Shown one piece after another: positions 37,594 through 51,582 of a stretch of DNA of 64,000 nt. How positions within the stretch are numbered: the first letter of the stretch is position 1; each line of letters begins with the position of its first letter. The DNA comes from Bugula neritina (Eukaryota > Animalia > Bryozoa): positions 29,838,628-29,902,627 of the forward strand of contig OZ037767.1 of NCBI GenBank assembly GCA_964035545.1, written 5' to 3'. The notes beneath the pieces are model-generated. The model was given only the letters and a program-made list of their open reading frames with translations, ran no database searches and was not told the DNA's origin. The translations under genes and the position numbers were made by a program.

Positions 37594-38104
37594 GGTAGAC
37601 GTCTGTGGCAGCTCGACATCATCTTCTACTTATATACTTAATGACAACCGTTTACTCATTACTTTGTAAAGTTCAAGTGGCAAATGCAATCTAATATTTG
37701 TTTTTGAAAGTTCTATGACAAGGTTATAGAACGAGAAGTCTATTAACCATTGCTATATTATTATATCATAGTTTTGCATGAAATAGTGTCATCAACTTCT
37801 ATCTTTATATGAAAGTTTTATTTCTAACGACTTAATTTAAATTTATATCACAAAGTTTAGTTTTAAAAAGCACTTATCATGTTAAATATTCTCATCATTT
37901 TCTTGAAATTAAAAGCAATATTTAAATAGAAAATCTTGGTTTTAATGAGAAAGGCACGATGCTGATAGTATAAACTGGTATCTTATAAAGATACACAAAT
38001 ATTTTATATAACAGTCTGCTTTGATGAAAGAACATTGCCTGCAAGCAAGCAATCTTGCTTTTGTAAATCAATATACTGGCTGTTGTAGTATACAGTGTAT
38101 AGAT

Positions 38105-38224
38105 ACACACACACAGACACACGCACACACGCACACATGCACACACGCACACACGAGCACACACGAGCACACACGAGCACACACGAGCACACACGAGCAC
38201 ACACGAGCACACACGAGCACACGC
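38105..38224. repeat. CA-rich microsatellite plus 10-mer ACACGAGCAC x7
   Basis: Directly visible tandem units. Confidence 0.9.
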
Positions 38225-38328
38225 ATGTTTATTCCTTTACATTATATTATATATGCATGTGTAGGCTACTTTATTAATATAAAAATACAAACTATAAGCT
38301 TTCAATTTTCAGTTATAGTTTATTGGTG

Positions 38329-39972
38329 CTACAACTCAGTTGAAAAATGAGACTGAACAACGCTGTCATAGGTAGGAAGGTCATCTAATGCTGCCGCTCC
38401 AGAATGACCATCAACTCGTTGCTGACTTATAACCTAGACAAACAAAGTAACATTATAGATTGTTAGCATATTATTACTACAGAAATTATTTAGGTGCTGT
38501 TGCTATATAATATTTATATGACTTTGAAACTCTGACAAAATTATTTTCTGGTTATTTGTTTTATTTAGTTTAGGCTCAGAGCATAATGTTTAAACTACTA
38601 GTTGAGTTGGGTATGCAAAACGCAGCAAAGACTTAAACAGATATGGTGAGAAACAGTGATAATTTTTAAACGAAAAATTTCCAAAGTTCAGATTTAGAGA
38701 ATTCAGCTAAAGCCGACACCTGGCCAAAGTACTGTTCAGATTTGCTGCTGACCCAGTTGCATCAATCGCTGCCACAATTATATCAAATTCAAAGCAGCTT
38801 GCAGAAAATAAATTCAAAAGTGTAATTGATTAATACAATTTGAACTAATAGTTAAAATTATTAGTCTAGTTCAACTGGAGTTTCAAGTATGATGAAATAC
38901 TGCTGCTAAAACTAAATTTAATGTCATCGGTTGAAATCAGCCACAAATAACAAAACCAATCAAAGTAAACAACAAAAAGTCAAAGAAAAAACTTGACTTT
39001 ATGATGGCATATAAAAGTTTTCTAGTTTTTCAACTGGGTTTAGAGTTATATAGTTTAACTTAAATGAAATAGTTGTATGGTAAGTCATGTTAACATCAGT
39101 GTGGTGCACCCACTTGATTATATCCAGGAGGCGGAGCATTAGGAGTTATTTGTCTAGTGGAGGCGGGGCTATATGCATCAATCACAGCGTTATACTCATT
39201 CTCGAGCTGGGAAGGGTTAGCAGCCGTAGAAGAGTCTAAGGGGAAGTCCGGTGAAAGTCGGCGGTCTGTAGGAGATTCCGCATAGTTTACTATTGTGAAG
39301 GAATTGTTTGATAGACTAAGTTCCCTGCGCCTATGAGGTGAGACTGGGAAGTGTACAGGTCTTAGTCTTGTATCTGCTGAAATTAAAAGAAAACATTACA
39401 ATATACTTAACTAGCAAGTTATTTCTGTCCTTTACTTTCAGTGTAACTGAGTCTATAGTGAATTAAATATATTATATATAACATATTTTATATATATAGT
39501 ATTGATAGTATATGTACAGTATGATAGTATGCATATAATATATATAATATGTAATATAGTATAGATATTATATTATATAGCATATATATAACACATATAG
39601 CGAATATGGTATAGGTAGTATAATTATATAGTAGTCTACCTATATAAAACATATATTATAGTAGCCTATATACGATATAGATAGTATATATAGCATATAT
39701 ACTAGATTTAAGATTGATAGCTGTGTTGGTATTCTTTTACTATATATTATGTATTACTATTATGTTAGCTAAAAAGTTGTAATTCAGTGACTAAAAGCTT
39801 TTCACCTAGGTTACCTGATTGTTCACTGGAGTTGTCCCCCTCATTCTGAGGAAACTGCCGAGACTGACGTCTAGTGTTGGGATGGGTTTTTTCTTTAACT
39901 ATGCGATAACAGACACAACCCAGTAGCAAAATACCCACGAGAATACCAGTTGGCACCAAAATCTGTACATAC
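38329..39972 (-). CDS. Single-pass membrane protein with a PY-motif tail, paralog of the 29272-32347 gene; 5' end unresolved
   Basis: Exons 39815-39972 (phase 2-1; TM ILVPTGILVGILLLGCVCY), 39114-39376 (phase 1-0; ends APPPGYNQ) and 38329-38433 (DDLPTYDSV, stop). Same exon phases and PY placement as the 29-32 kb gene. Confidence 0.75.
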
Positions 39973-40008
39973 CTGTTGTATATAAAACGACTCATCAACT
40001 AAACTAAA

Positions 40009-40245
40009 CTCTCACGCAAATTTATAGTCACTATCCCTGTGAGAAACCCCTGATAGAAAGGGTTTTTGTTAAAGCGGGCTAAGGACTTATTTAAATGAGC
40101 AATTATTTAAATGAGCAATTATTTAAAGGAGCAATTATGACTGGATGCTCTTCCGAACATCACCAATGGCCTTTGTCAGGGCTCAAACCCATGACTTCGT
40201 GTTTACTAGGCAAACGCTCTAACCCCTAGACCACGTCTGCTCCCT
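40009..40245 (-). mobile_element. tRNA-derived SINE with a 17-bp target-site duplication
   Basis: Minus strand begins GGGAGCAGACGTGGTCTAGGGGTTAGAGCG (A-box-like), then GGGTTTGAGCCC (B-box-like), and ends in a TTTAG-type tail. It is flanked by TCATCAACTAAACTAAA at 39992-40008 and 40246-40262. A second copy lies at 12517-12625. Confidence 0.85.
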
Positions 40246-41147
40246 TCATCAACTAAACTAAAAAGATATGAATTGCAACATTTATGGTCATTTTTTGCAT
40301 GCAATAAAAAAGTTATTGAAACCGATTATTTGAATTTAAAAGTTAAAAAAGGAAATAAAAATATTTTTTCAAAGGTATAATAGATTTTTTGCTGTGAATA
40401 GCAATTAGGTTATCCATTTGTCTTTAATTCTGTTATTCACTACTTAAAATTGGATGTAAATAGTTCAAACAGATTGAGCAAATTGTAGATTCAGTATTAT
40501 TGTAAAAAAGAAACTGCAAATATCTACATTTATATAAGATTCTACTATAAATATTATATGAATTAAGTAAAAAACTGTGCTAAGCTGGTAAAAAAATTTT
40601 TTCCTCAAATTGATTGGAGACAACCATTAACAAATTTTTACAGCCTGCATAGACATAAAACTTTAATTTTTTTTAACCTAGGCATAAAAGTTTATTAAAA
40701 AGTAAGTCCCCTAGCCAGTGCTGTTTAAGTCAAAGTGAAAGCACCTAAAAGGCACTTGGCACTCAAGTAAAGATTGAAATAGTAAAATTATTCCTTTTGA
40801 ATCTGTAACTTTTTATATAATGAAATTGTCAATAAAGTGTGTATCTTGCATAATATGATTATAAAATAGCAATTTTAAAATCTTACATTACAGTAGCGTT
40901 TTAAAATGGAATGGAAATATCAGCTCTTTGGCCATAGTCACCTCAACAAGTGATAGTGAACTGGGCTTACATATCCTCACAAAAGATAACGCTACTGGTA
41001 TAAGTTATAGGCAGATTCTACAAAAATTAAAAAGTAGATGAAGGTTTCATGTTGTTCAATTCTAAAGCTTAACAGTGCAGTCTATATTGTAATCTATATA
41101 TAATCTATACCGTTATCTTTTCAGCACTAACAGATCAGATATTTGCG

Positions 41148-42010
<863 letters not shown>

Positions 42011-44120
42011 ATAAATATTCGTAGCTGCATGCAACTGTTTTTAAAATGAAAAGCAATTTAGCCGGACTTGAATTTTCAAAAATAGGTCTGCAGTCAATCA
42101 TTGCAGTAGTTAAATTGTTTATAGGGAAAGTAACTACCATATAAAACTAAAAGAAACTTACTTATTAGAGTTGTTTTTGGCTGGCTGCTGAATGTAACTT
42201 TACTCGATAATGCTGTGATATATAACTATGCAATGCAGTTGATTTGAATACACTGAATGACTGAGTTGAACTAAGTTGCTAGTTATCACACGGTTTACTA
42301 TCACTACTACGCAGCTAAAACAAACAATGCGATAATAGCAAGCCTGCTCTTGCATAAGAATATCGTAATAATGGAACCTTGAATAAGCATCGATTTTCTT
42401 AATGCATTCAATATAGCCTTGCAATTATCAGTATGAAACACGTTATTGAAAGAATATTTGATGTAATCAAGCATGTAGCATGAGCGCAACCAATATTATA
42501 CTAGTAGAATAAGGATATGTCAGCGTAGCATCGCTGCATCGTTGTAAATAGATTAACTCTGGAAAAGAAGTCGAGCTGCGTGCTACCATAACAAAACAGG
42601 ACACATACAGGTTTACTTTACTAACATTTGAATTTTTCAGCTATTTTAAAGGAAATTTTAATAATAATTTAGCTCCCTTAGCTATTTTATAGCTTGGAAA
42701 ACTACTTTCCAACCTAGAGCTCAAGCTTCAAACCTGTACTTAAATAGTTTAGTTAAATTCTATATTAGTGAAGAGCTTACCCTCCTTTTCTCTTCACACA
42801 TACAGAACTGTACTATACATTATTTATTTCATACAAAGTTTTATTTCTTATCTCTGCAAAGCTTCTAGAATCTAGAAAGTGTGTTATAATGTAAAAATTC
42901 AAATCGTGGTAGTGCCAACTAGTCTGCTAATGTTTCTTTTTATTTTGCAAATTTATAATTATTCTATTCTTAATCAGCTGGCCAAGATTTGAAAACAATG
43001 AAACATTACAGATAATTTTTGTAAACTGGGAATTATATAATATAATATAATTTATGTTTAAACTATTATATAAATAATATAATGAACATATATTACACAA
43101 AATATAACATATTACAAAAAGATTTACTGAATTATTATAATTATAGAAATACATTTTTATTGCCTGCTTTTGTCTAATATAATTTTGCAAGAATGTTTAA
43201 TTTTCAGCCCACCTTGCAAAATAAATACAATTAAAGTTTGTATAGAAAAGTATTTTACTGCTACACAAAAACAACATTAAGATTAGAACACAAATACTTA
43301 CAGAAATATTAGTATTTTGATATAGTGTAGGAAATCGGATGTAGTTGAATGCTGATGCAATCTATTCGTATTTCCGTAACAAGTTTGATATTACATTGTT
43401 CTACCAGCATTAAGCAACACCAATTTATGCATTTTTGCTACAGAGGCACTATCACAGGTGGCTTTAAATGGTTATAGAGAGCTCAATGCATTGTAATATG
43501 TCAGGTTGTAATATTATTTATAAAAGCTATGGAAATGCCAGAGGTTTGACGGTATATGATATTGTAAGACACCACTGCACGCATGCATATTATACACTTG
43601 TATATGCAATCAGGATATTTCAGTACAAAAAATCATCATAAAGCAGTAAATTTATTTTTTAGAAAAATAAAATTCATAGAAATTATATTCCACTATCAAT
43701 ATAAAAAATAGTTACAACTGGAAAAATCAATAAGTTAGAGTCACGCATGCAGTTGGAAATGCTCTATTAAGCACTTATAGATTCACTGGTTAATGAAAAC
43801 ACACCAAATGATAAAATTTTAGGTTCTACTACTTCTAATAGTAAGTCTTTTCAGCATATTATAATTGAAACTATTTATAAAAAAGTTAAATTTTATGTTT
43901 TAAAAAAGACTTAAATCGATTGCAACATTAAATAAATTAGTATAAAACTAGAATTTGTAAGACATAATATACTTTGTAGCCGATGCCGTCAACATATAGC
44001 CTTGTCTACTGAGTTTATAAAAAAAATTCTAAACTATTTACAATAACAAAAATATACAACGATTTTCTAAGTATTCACTGCAGCAGTGATGGACTTGATA
44101 AAACTACACGGTTATTCTAC

Positions 44121-44431
44121 TTATATCATATGAAACCAGAAGTGTTTATCTCCCCTTGCACAGCTGCCCGTCAGATGGAGAAACCTGGAGTTTCTGTGAC
44201 ATACATATCTAGAATCTAAATAAATTCAATTTATATTTAACAAAATGTCTGCTGCAAGTAGTATAACTTGTAACTTTCAAGAAATTCTATTAATTATATT
44301 GACATTTGTTTTATACACACCCATGCACTCTCATGCACACTCACTCACACACACACACACACGCACACACACACATCCACACACATCCACACACATCCAC
44401 ACACATCCACACACATCCACACACTTACACA

Positions 44432-44514
<83 letters not shown>

Positions 44515-46065
44515 GCACACACACACTCACACACCCACACACCCACACACCCACACACCCACACACCCACACACCCACACATCTACACCTCACAAACTCT
44601 TCTGCACACACACTCACACACTCACACACTCGCTCTAAACTGTAAACTCTTGTGTAATGGTAAACTAGGTGAAAATGAACATATACTCTTTTCTTACCTG
44701 CGTGATGTCTCAGAGACACTACTGCATTAGCTACAGAGCCAGTTAGTTTATCACAAGCTCTGTTATATGGATACACGTCTATACATTCAAACACTCTTTT
44801 GTCACAGGTGTTTTGGGGAAATAAGCTGTGCTGTAACATAGATGAATAAATTTCTCACATCTCAGGCTTGTAAATACAACCATCTTCATCAATGTTTATG
44901 TCAAGAAAGTTGAGCAAGTATTTAGAGTGACTCAGATTTAAACTTACCCCAACCATTAGGTCTAGAGAATTCTGGTTATTCATCATCATATAATTTCCAT
45001 CAGCTGATTGGATCGTCAGAAAGTTTTTATTAAGTGCTTGCACATACCAATAGTGTACTATATACTTAACTAAAACAAAAGAACACCATTGCATACATTT
45101 AGAGTTTAGCTTTAGTTATGCAGAGCTTGACAAGAAGTAAGGTTTTAGCTAGCAGTTCTTTGAGTTAACATATAGTTTCCTAATTTAGAGGATGATGGGC
45201 TTAGCTTGGTGTAGAACCAGAAGCTAAGTAAGCAGCAATACTCACAGCTATTTATATTGTTGAGATCTAGGTGTGTCTTTTCTGCTAAGTTTCCAGCAGG
45301 ACGTATGTACTGGTCGTTACAGCCTGGGCAGTCAGCAGCCATTACCAGAGGCCTACTTCTGGCATAGATAGCACCCAGTTGATGACAAGATTCTGCCAAG
45401 CCTTGAAATGGATAAATAACCATACTTCAATAATGTTTAAATAATCTAAGTCACAAAGGCTATTTATTTCCTTTATAGTTTGTTTCTATCATAAGAGAGC
45501 TCATAGAGAGCTTAGAGTTAATTATAATGTTATAAAAACAAAATGCTATCTCATTGCATTATCTCTAGCTGAATGATACTTAAATACTTTTCTTGCACAT
45601 TTATGTATGCTTACAAAGTAGAATTCACTCTTGCAGTGGACAAGATAACAAAAATATGATCTAAGTTTTCTAATGATGTCATATGTGCTTAGAAATAGAG
45701 GCAGGAGAAGAATGAAAATCAGTTGAATTCAAACTTCAGCTCTATTCCAAAATGGCTGATCGTTTAATTATTAAAACAATGGCTGATATATGTTTAATTA
45801 TTAAAAGCAACCAATTATGTGATTAGTATCTACCTAGCAGGTACACCAGTATATAGAGAGCGAGTATTACTTTAACAATTCCTGATAATAGGGTGAGTGT
45901 TGGAATATTTATTCAAAAGTATGTTGAGCTGTGGAACAGTTTATATAATAAGAAAATTGATGTCTTTAAAGTTGAAAAATACTAATTATAATATGAAAAA
46001 TAGTAGTTGTAAAACTTACCAACACATGATAAAATGAGTGTCAACAAAGTATGAAGTGTGTTCAT
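44121..46065 (-). CDS. Secreted ~179-aa protein, divergent FGF-like (beta-trefoil)
   Basis: Exons 46020-46065 (signal peptide), 45246-45401, 44948-45057, 44698-44830, 44121-44215; 540 nt in phase. WYVQALNKNFLTIQSADGNYMMMNNQNSL resembles FGF LQAEERGVVSIKGV...YLAMKEDGRL, and the C-terminus GDKHFWFHM resembles GQKAILFLPM. The gene model is solid; the family call is tentative. Confidence 0.72.
44335..44630. repeat. CA-rich compound microsatellite, intronic
   Basis: (CA)n with ACACATCCAC and CACACACC units. Confidence 0.92.
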
Positions 46066-49000
46066 ACTTAGATCTTTCACTGTCTAAAGACAGGAATAAC
46101 TAAAACTTTGCGAATTCTCCCTTAATATAGTTTTGCCATGATCTTCTGGCCAGGAGAGTTCGACAAAGACTAATTAGTGAGTGTAATCCGTACAAACGCT
46201 ATTGTGGAACCTCTTTCTAAGCAAATTACAGAGCAACTGCATCAAGTGATTAATTGCTCTGCTACTCATATTCATATTCCTCTGTCTGCGCACAGATTGT
46301 TACAAAAATTTACATAATCTAGCAAAAAGATCGTTGCTTACTTTTACAGCTGTTAATTTGTTCCTCAACTATTTTAAGGAAATGCAAAGCTTCTAATAGA
46401 TTGCATGCTTACGTTGTCTGTTGAGATTTCTTAAAAATCTGGAAATTTTAACATGTAAATACATATCATATAATGCCTTTGTTAGATGTTACTAAGCTTT
46501 GTGTAATTTGTTAACCAACAATATATAGCCTATATTTAAGGCAAACAAAAATGTTAATGCAAAAACTAGTTTTAAAGATTTCAATTTCAAAAAATATTGC
46601 TTTATTACAGCCCTTTGTACACTTAACCTTAAACTTTACAGTCTCTAGCTCATGCTGTATAAAATTCTTTTTTTATTTTTTTTATTACTTTCCCCAATTT
46701 TTCTCAATAATAAAGTTGGATTTAAATTTATAATTTTTGATTGAGAAAATTTTTGACCTAATGAATGGAAATTATAGTTTTTTAATGAACATTTATTGCT
46801 GTACAAACAAGTTTGGCATATTTTATTATCTAGCGCTGGCTGGCAGAAAATATCAACTATGTATTATAAAGAGGATAAATCCAATAACAGGAGAAAATGA
46901 CTGGTAGAAGAATAAGTGAATGACTGAAGCATTCAGTGTTTGATGATACTATGACATTGCATACTGGCTGGTTAATTAGATGATGGCACTTGCATATATT
47001 ATTAAGATTAATGTTAAATTGTAATGTAATCCTAACTAGTAATTCTGGTGTACGGAATCTAATTTAGGACTCGAGGCATTGCAAAATTTATTAGCCTAAA
47101 TACCTTCACCAGTATTTCAGGATAGGGTGCATTGGTTTCAGCTATCAATCACCTTTTAAATATAATCGAAACTCTGGCAATATCATAGCTTAGAAGCAGT
47201 GAAAAGGTATTAATTACATTCTTAGTTTATAGCTATTAACTTGCATGATATTATATTATTTAATAATTATTTCGTTGATAACCTATTGGGTAGCAACATG
47301 TTGCGGTTTGAACTTTAGTAAGTGTTACAGACTAATTTATCTTGTCTAATGAGCTTGCAGTGTGTTGCTACATAAATTCATATAAAGAGAAAAGGTTGAT
47401 CTAGTCTTGGAATTATTAGAGTATAAATAATAAGTAATGAGTTTAACCTATGATCTTATAAAATTCCAAGAGACTTATAAACCACGTTGAGATTAAAGGT
47501 AAAAGTATTAAACTTTATATATACCAGTAGTGCGGTTTAATAGCAGAATGTAAATGAAAGTAGGGGCGTAGCTACACACTGCCTCATCTTGTCTGAAAAA
47601 GCTAAACCAAGTTTTAGTAAGCAAATAAAGCAAATGATATTAAACTCAAAATTTTTTCATCGAGAATCGTCTTGTCATGAAAAAAATTAGTTAGCATGTA
47701 TCATGCAAGGCAGATGCTCATGAAAAATGAAGCAACAAAAGTGTTAGGTAAATAATTATCATTTGAAGTAAGCTTGCTCTACATTATATACATCTACAAT
47801 ATATTAATATGTTACAAATCATCTACAATATACGCTATATATGAGGTGTATACATATTTTATGTTATATACATCCAAAATATATTTTATAATATGTATAA
47901 CTGTATATTCTATTATTTCAACATGTGAGTCATATTATGCTACTAAGTTTATTTTCTTCTTTTATAATTGAATTGAAGTTATTGCACAATAGGCATGATG
48001 CATCCCTTACCTTTTGCAATAGGCCTACAGTAACTTGAACTTTAATAAAAATGCACATAATAGTTATTCTTTTCTTAATAAATACATTTCTAACTTATGG
48101 AATGCTGGCTGTATCAACTTTGAACAGCTTAGAGTTTAGACATATGAAAAGCTAGCAACCAGTATTGTAGCTATCTCCATCAATGACTATACAACAGAGT
48201 TATAGCTGAATATATTGTTCAATAAGCGAATTGTTTCCAGACAGATTATTTTTAATTATTAATGAGTATTATATGTGGCAAATAAAAAATCTTTCTTGTT
48301 TATCAACTCAAGAAGTAGGTTGTAAAAAGCAATTATGAAACATAATACTCAAAAAAACTATATTTTTGCACATTATATATGTCCCAATTACATGCTCTCC
48401 CAGAAGTAATTTGTCTTTACAATGAAGAACACGTGTGCCTCAATTAAACTCAGCAGGTCATACACAGTTAACCTACTCCTTTCCTTCACAGTAAAAAAAA
48501 CGGGTTTCTGAAAAATTGGCGTGTACTGGTACGATATTTACCACCAAAGATGGTGGTGATGCAGAATTATTAATTAATTTTGACAGGCTCAGTCTCATAT
48601 AAGATGAATGTGTGTTAACTAGGTGTAGGGTCATAAATTAAAATGCAATTTTCATTGATGCAAGCTCGAGTACAACAAGTGCATATGTTGAAAATGTAGA
48701 ATTATAAATCTGTTGAGATTCAAATTAATTATAATAAATATACATTGAACTATTATTAAGGATAAGCATAATACTGAATGTATATATAACATATACATTT
48801 CAGAAGCTAACATATAAATGCTAACAATACTTTTGCTTATTGAAAATGTATAGCTTGCTCATAAAAATAGTAGACTAATATAAGAATGATAAATTGTGCA
48901 TGATGCATGTGGTATACTAAGGCATTTTACTATAAATAACTAATAGTGGATCATATGAGAAAATAAAATATTGTGCCAGATTTGTCTCTTACAACACTAC

Positions 49001-50570
49001 ATGTACATTATATTTATCAGTATAATTATTGTAGCATATTACTATCATTCTAATTTCTATAGCACTATAAACACTGGTATACTCAATCTGTCTAACATAC
49101 ATTTACCTTTTTTAGCTATAAGCGTATAAAGTAGCAACAATTATAATGTAATTGTTTGTGCATAAATTAAACCCTTATAAGAACACATATTCAGCTAATT
49201 AGAATAAATAATTTCTATGTCCTTTAAGAGTGTTATAAGGCATGCATATGATGCGATGTAATGTGTCTGCACCGCATGATTATAAATATAGCTGCTTGTT
49301 GCAGTCTTACATGCTGCTAAAACTATTTCTTCTACAATTTAATTCTAATTGTAAATGCAATTGACTCGGTATGATAATTATTATGAGCATTTAATTAGCA
49401 GCTGATAGGCTGAATCTATTGTCTATTGCTTAAGTTGCTATGTTTTAACATCATTTTATCAAGAAGGAGTGATCTTAGAATAAAATAAGAAATTATGTTA
49501 CCATTATTCTTCCAGATTCAGTGGTCCATATATACTATATATATTATATATATACATTTATTCACTTATAATGTAAAAATGTTTTCACTTTTGCTGATTA
49601 TAGAACAAAAATTTTCTGTTTTCAATATTCTTCAAGTGTCTAGTTTTTTTTAATATTACTAAGCTTTTTCAGGTACTAAAAACAAAATTGAAACCAGCTA
49701 TCAATAAACCTACCATAAAGACAAGTGGTTATTTCATTCAATTATTCTTTTAGCTGTTAGGTTTGTTTTTTACACAAAGGATAGATACATCAATTTATGA
49801 AGTTTAGATCTTGCAGTAGTAATTGTTGTAAAGGTCGAGTGACATGGAAATAAACTAAATAATAGTATGATGAAGAAATATAATCTTGTAATACAATCAT
49901 ATAATTTGTATTGTGGAGTAATTAAAGGCTCTACCAAGCGTTTTTGCTTAGTTTAAATAAATTTTATGTTTAAACCACCTGATAATCCCATGATTTCACA
50001 TAAAAATAATTAGTCTCGGGTGATTTACCTGTTGAAACTACCTGTTATAATTAGTAAACTGCTAAAACAATGGTGTCCAGCAGGCATTTGACTATGTCTT
50101 AATATTAACTGCAAAAAATGAAATGCAAGTTTAAAAAGCAATTAAATTTAAAGTCTTACACTTATTAACCTTGTGTGAAAGTGACTGCAGAAATAGAGTT
50201 CCTTATACATTGAATCACGGTTTAATCCTTGGTCATTTTTATGCAAAAACTTGCACTTAAATGTGTAAGAGTAATTACCTATTAGTATTTATATTTTATT
50301 CCATTGACATAATCGAATAATTACTAACCTCCATAACCTTGAAAATTTTGAGCATTTTTTGCTTGCATAACAATTAATATTCATGAGCCTAGGCGGGCAT
50401 AGCGTAACACTGTGGACCAATAATTTTACACACGGAGAACAATACAGAGAGGCTACGCACATGTGTCCTGCATAAGTATTGTTACTCCAAAATTAGTGTC
50501 ACAGCAGAAGTATACAAGAAACATTGTGGTTTTATTACTTTATTAGGCAAAGTAATTACCTAATATTTCG

Positions 50571-50574
<4 letters not shown>

Positions 50575-50617
<43 letters not shown>
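50575..50617. repeat. (TA)n microsatellite
   Basis: About 21 TA units. Confidence 0.95.
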
Positions 50618-50621
<4 letters not shown>

Positions 50622-51582
50622 CATGAAGTACTTTATAAGCATCAAGAATAAAGATGTCCTATAAAAATTGGATTGCATACAGAATATAACATGCTGTCTT
50701 CCTTTAAATAGATGCCTATAGAAGTGAGAGTTTGCAGCACCTTGCGTATATTTGCCATTATGTTAAAAAACTTACAGTCAATACAAATAAAGAAGGTTGT
50801 CAGCTATTGTAAGTCAAGTTGACACCTGCAACTCATACCTACACACCCTCTAGTTGTTCACTGTACAGCAGGGAAAAAAATTTAACCGTGAAACAGCAGT
50901 CTAATGAAGATTATATAAATTATATTAGTGAAGGGATTTACAATCAAGTTACAGTATTTATTGCATATAAGCAGTTGGTCATTAAAGTATATATAAGTAA
51001 AAACAGTTGAAATATACAGTTGATAAGCATTTTACAATATGGTCATCATTTACGTCTCAATATGTAGCATCATTGGAGATCAAATAAGAAATTAAATTAA
51101 AGTTCTTAGAAAAGTTCAGCATACAATAAAAAATTGCAATAAAGATACATAAATACAAACAAAAAGCATCTAATAGCAAATTACTCTAAATTTTAAAAGT
51201 AGTCAATAAAACTTGAAATAGTCATTACAAATATATATTATGACGGCCAACAGCAAAAGAGATGTAAGATGAGAAACTCATGATATGACGTACATAGTAC
51301 CGTACTAGAGTCACATGGGCTACACTAAAGTAAGCTGTATTGGAAACAAATTGGACTGACTACGTACAAGTACAGACTGGACCGATGACAATACAGACCG
51401 GACCGGTCCTAGTGTAAGGGGATACTCAAATGACATCTCAACCGCTCAGTGTCTACCGTTAACTGCATTTAATAGGAACGTTATTTCAATGGAGCACAAG
51501 TCATCAGACCCATCATCGTCAGGCCATGTGGTGAATGCAATTCGCTAGATGTTTAGTCTGTGTGAATAGACCTTAAGAGAGA

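Noticed and set aside
46100-51400. Hidden gene in the 5-kb AT-rich interval
   Set aside because: No phase-consistent exon chain or recognisable peptide found.
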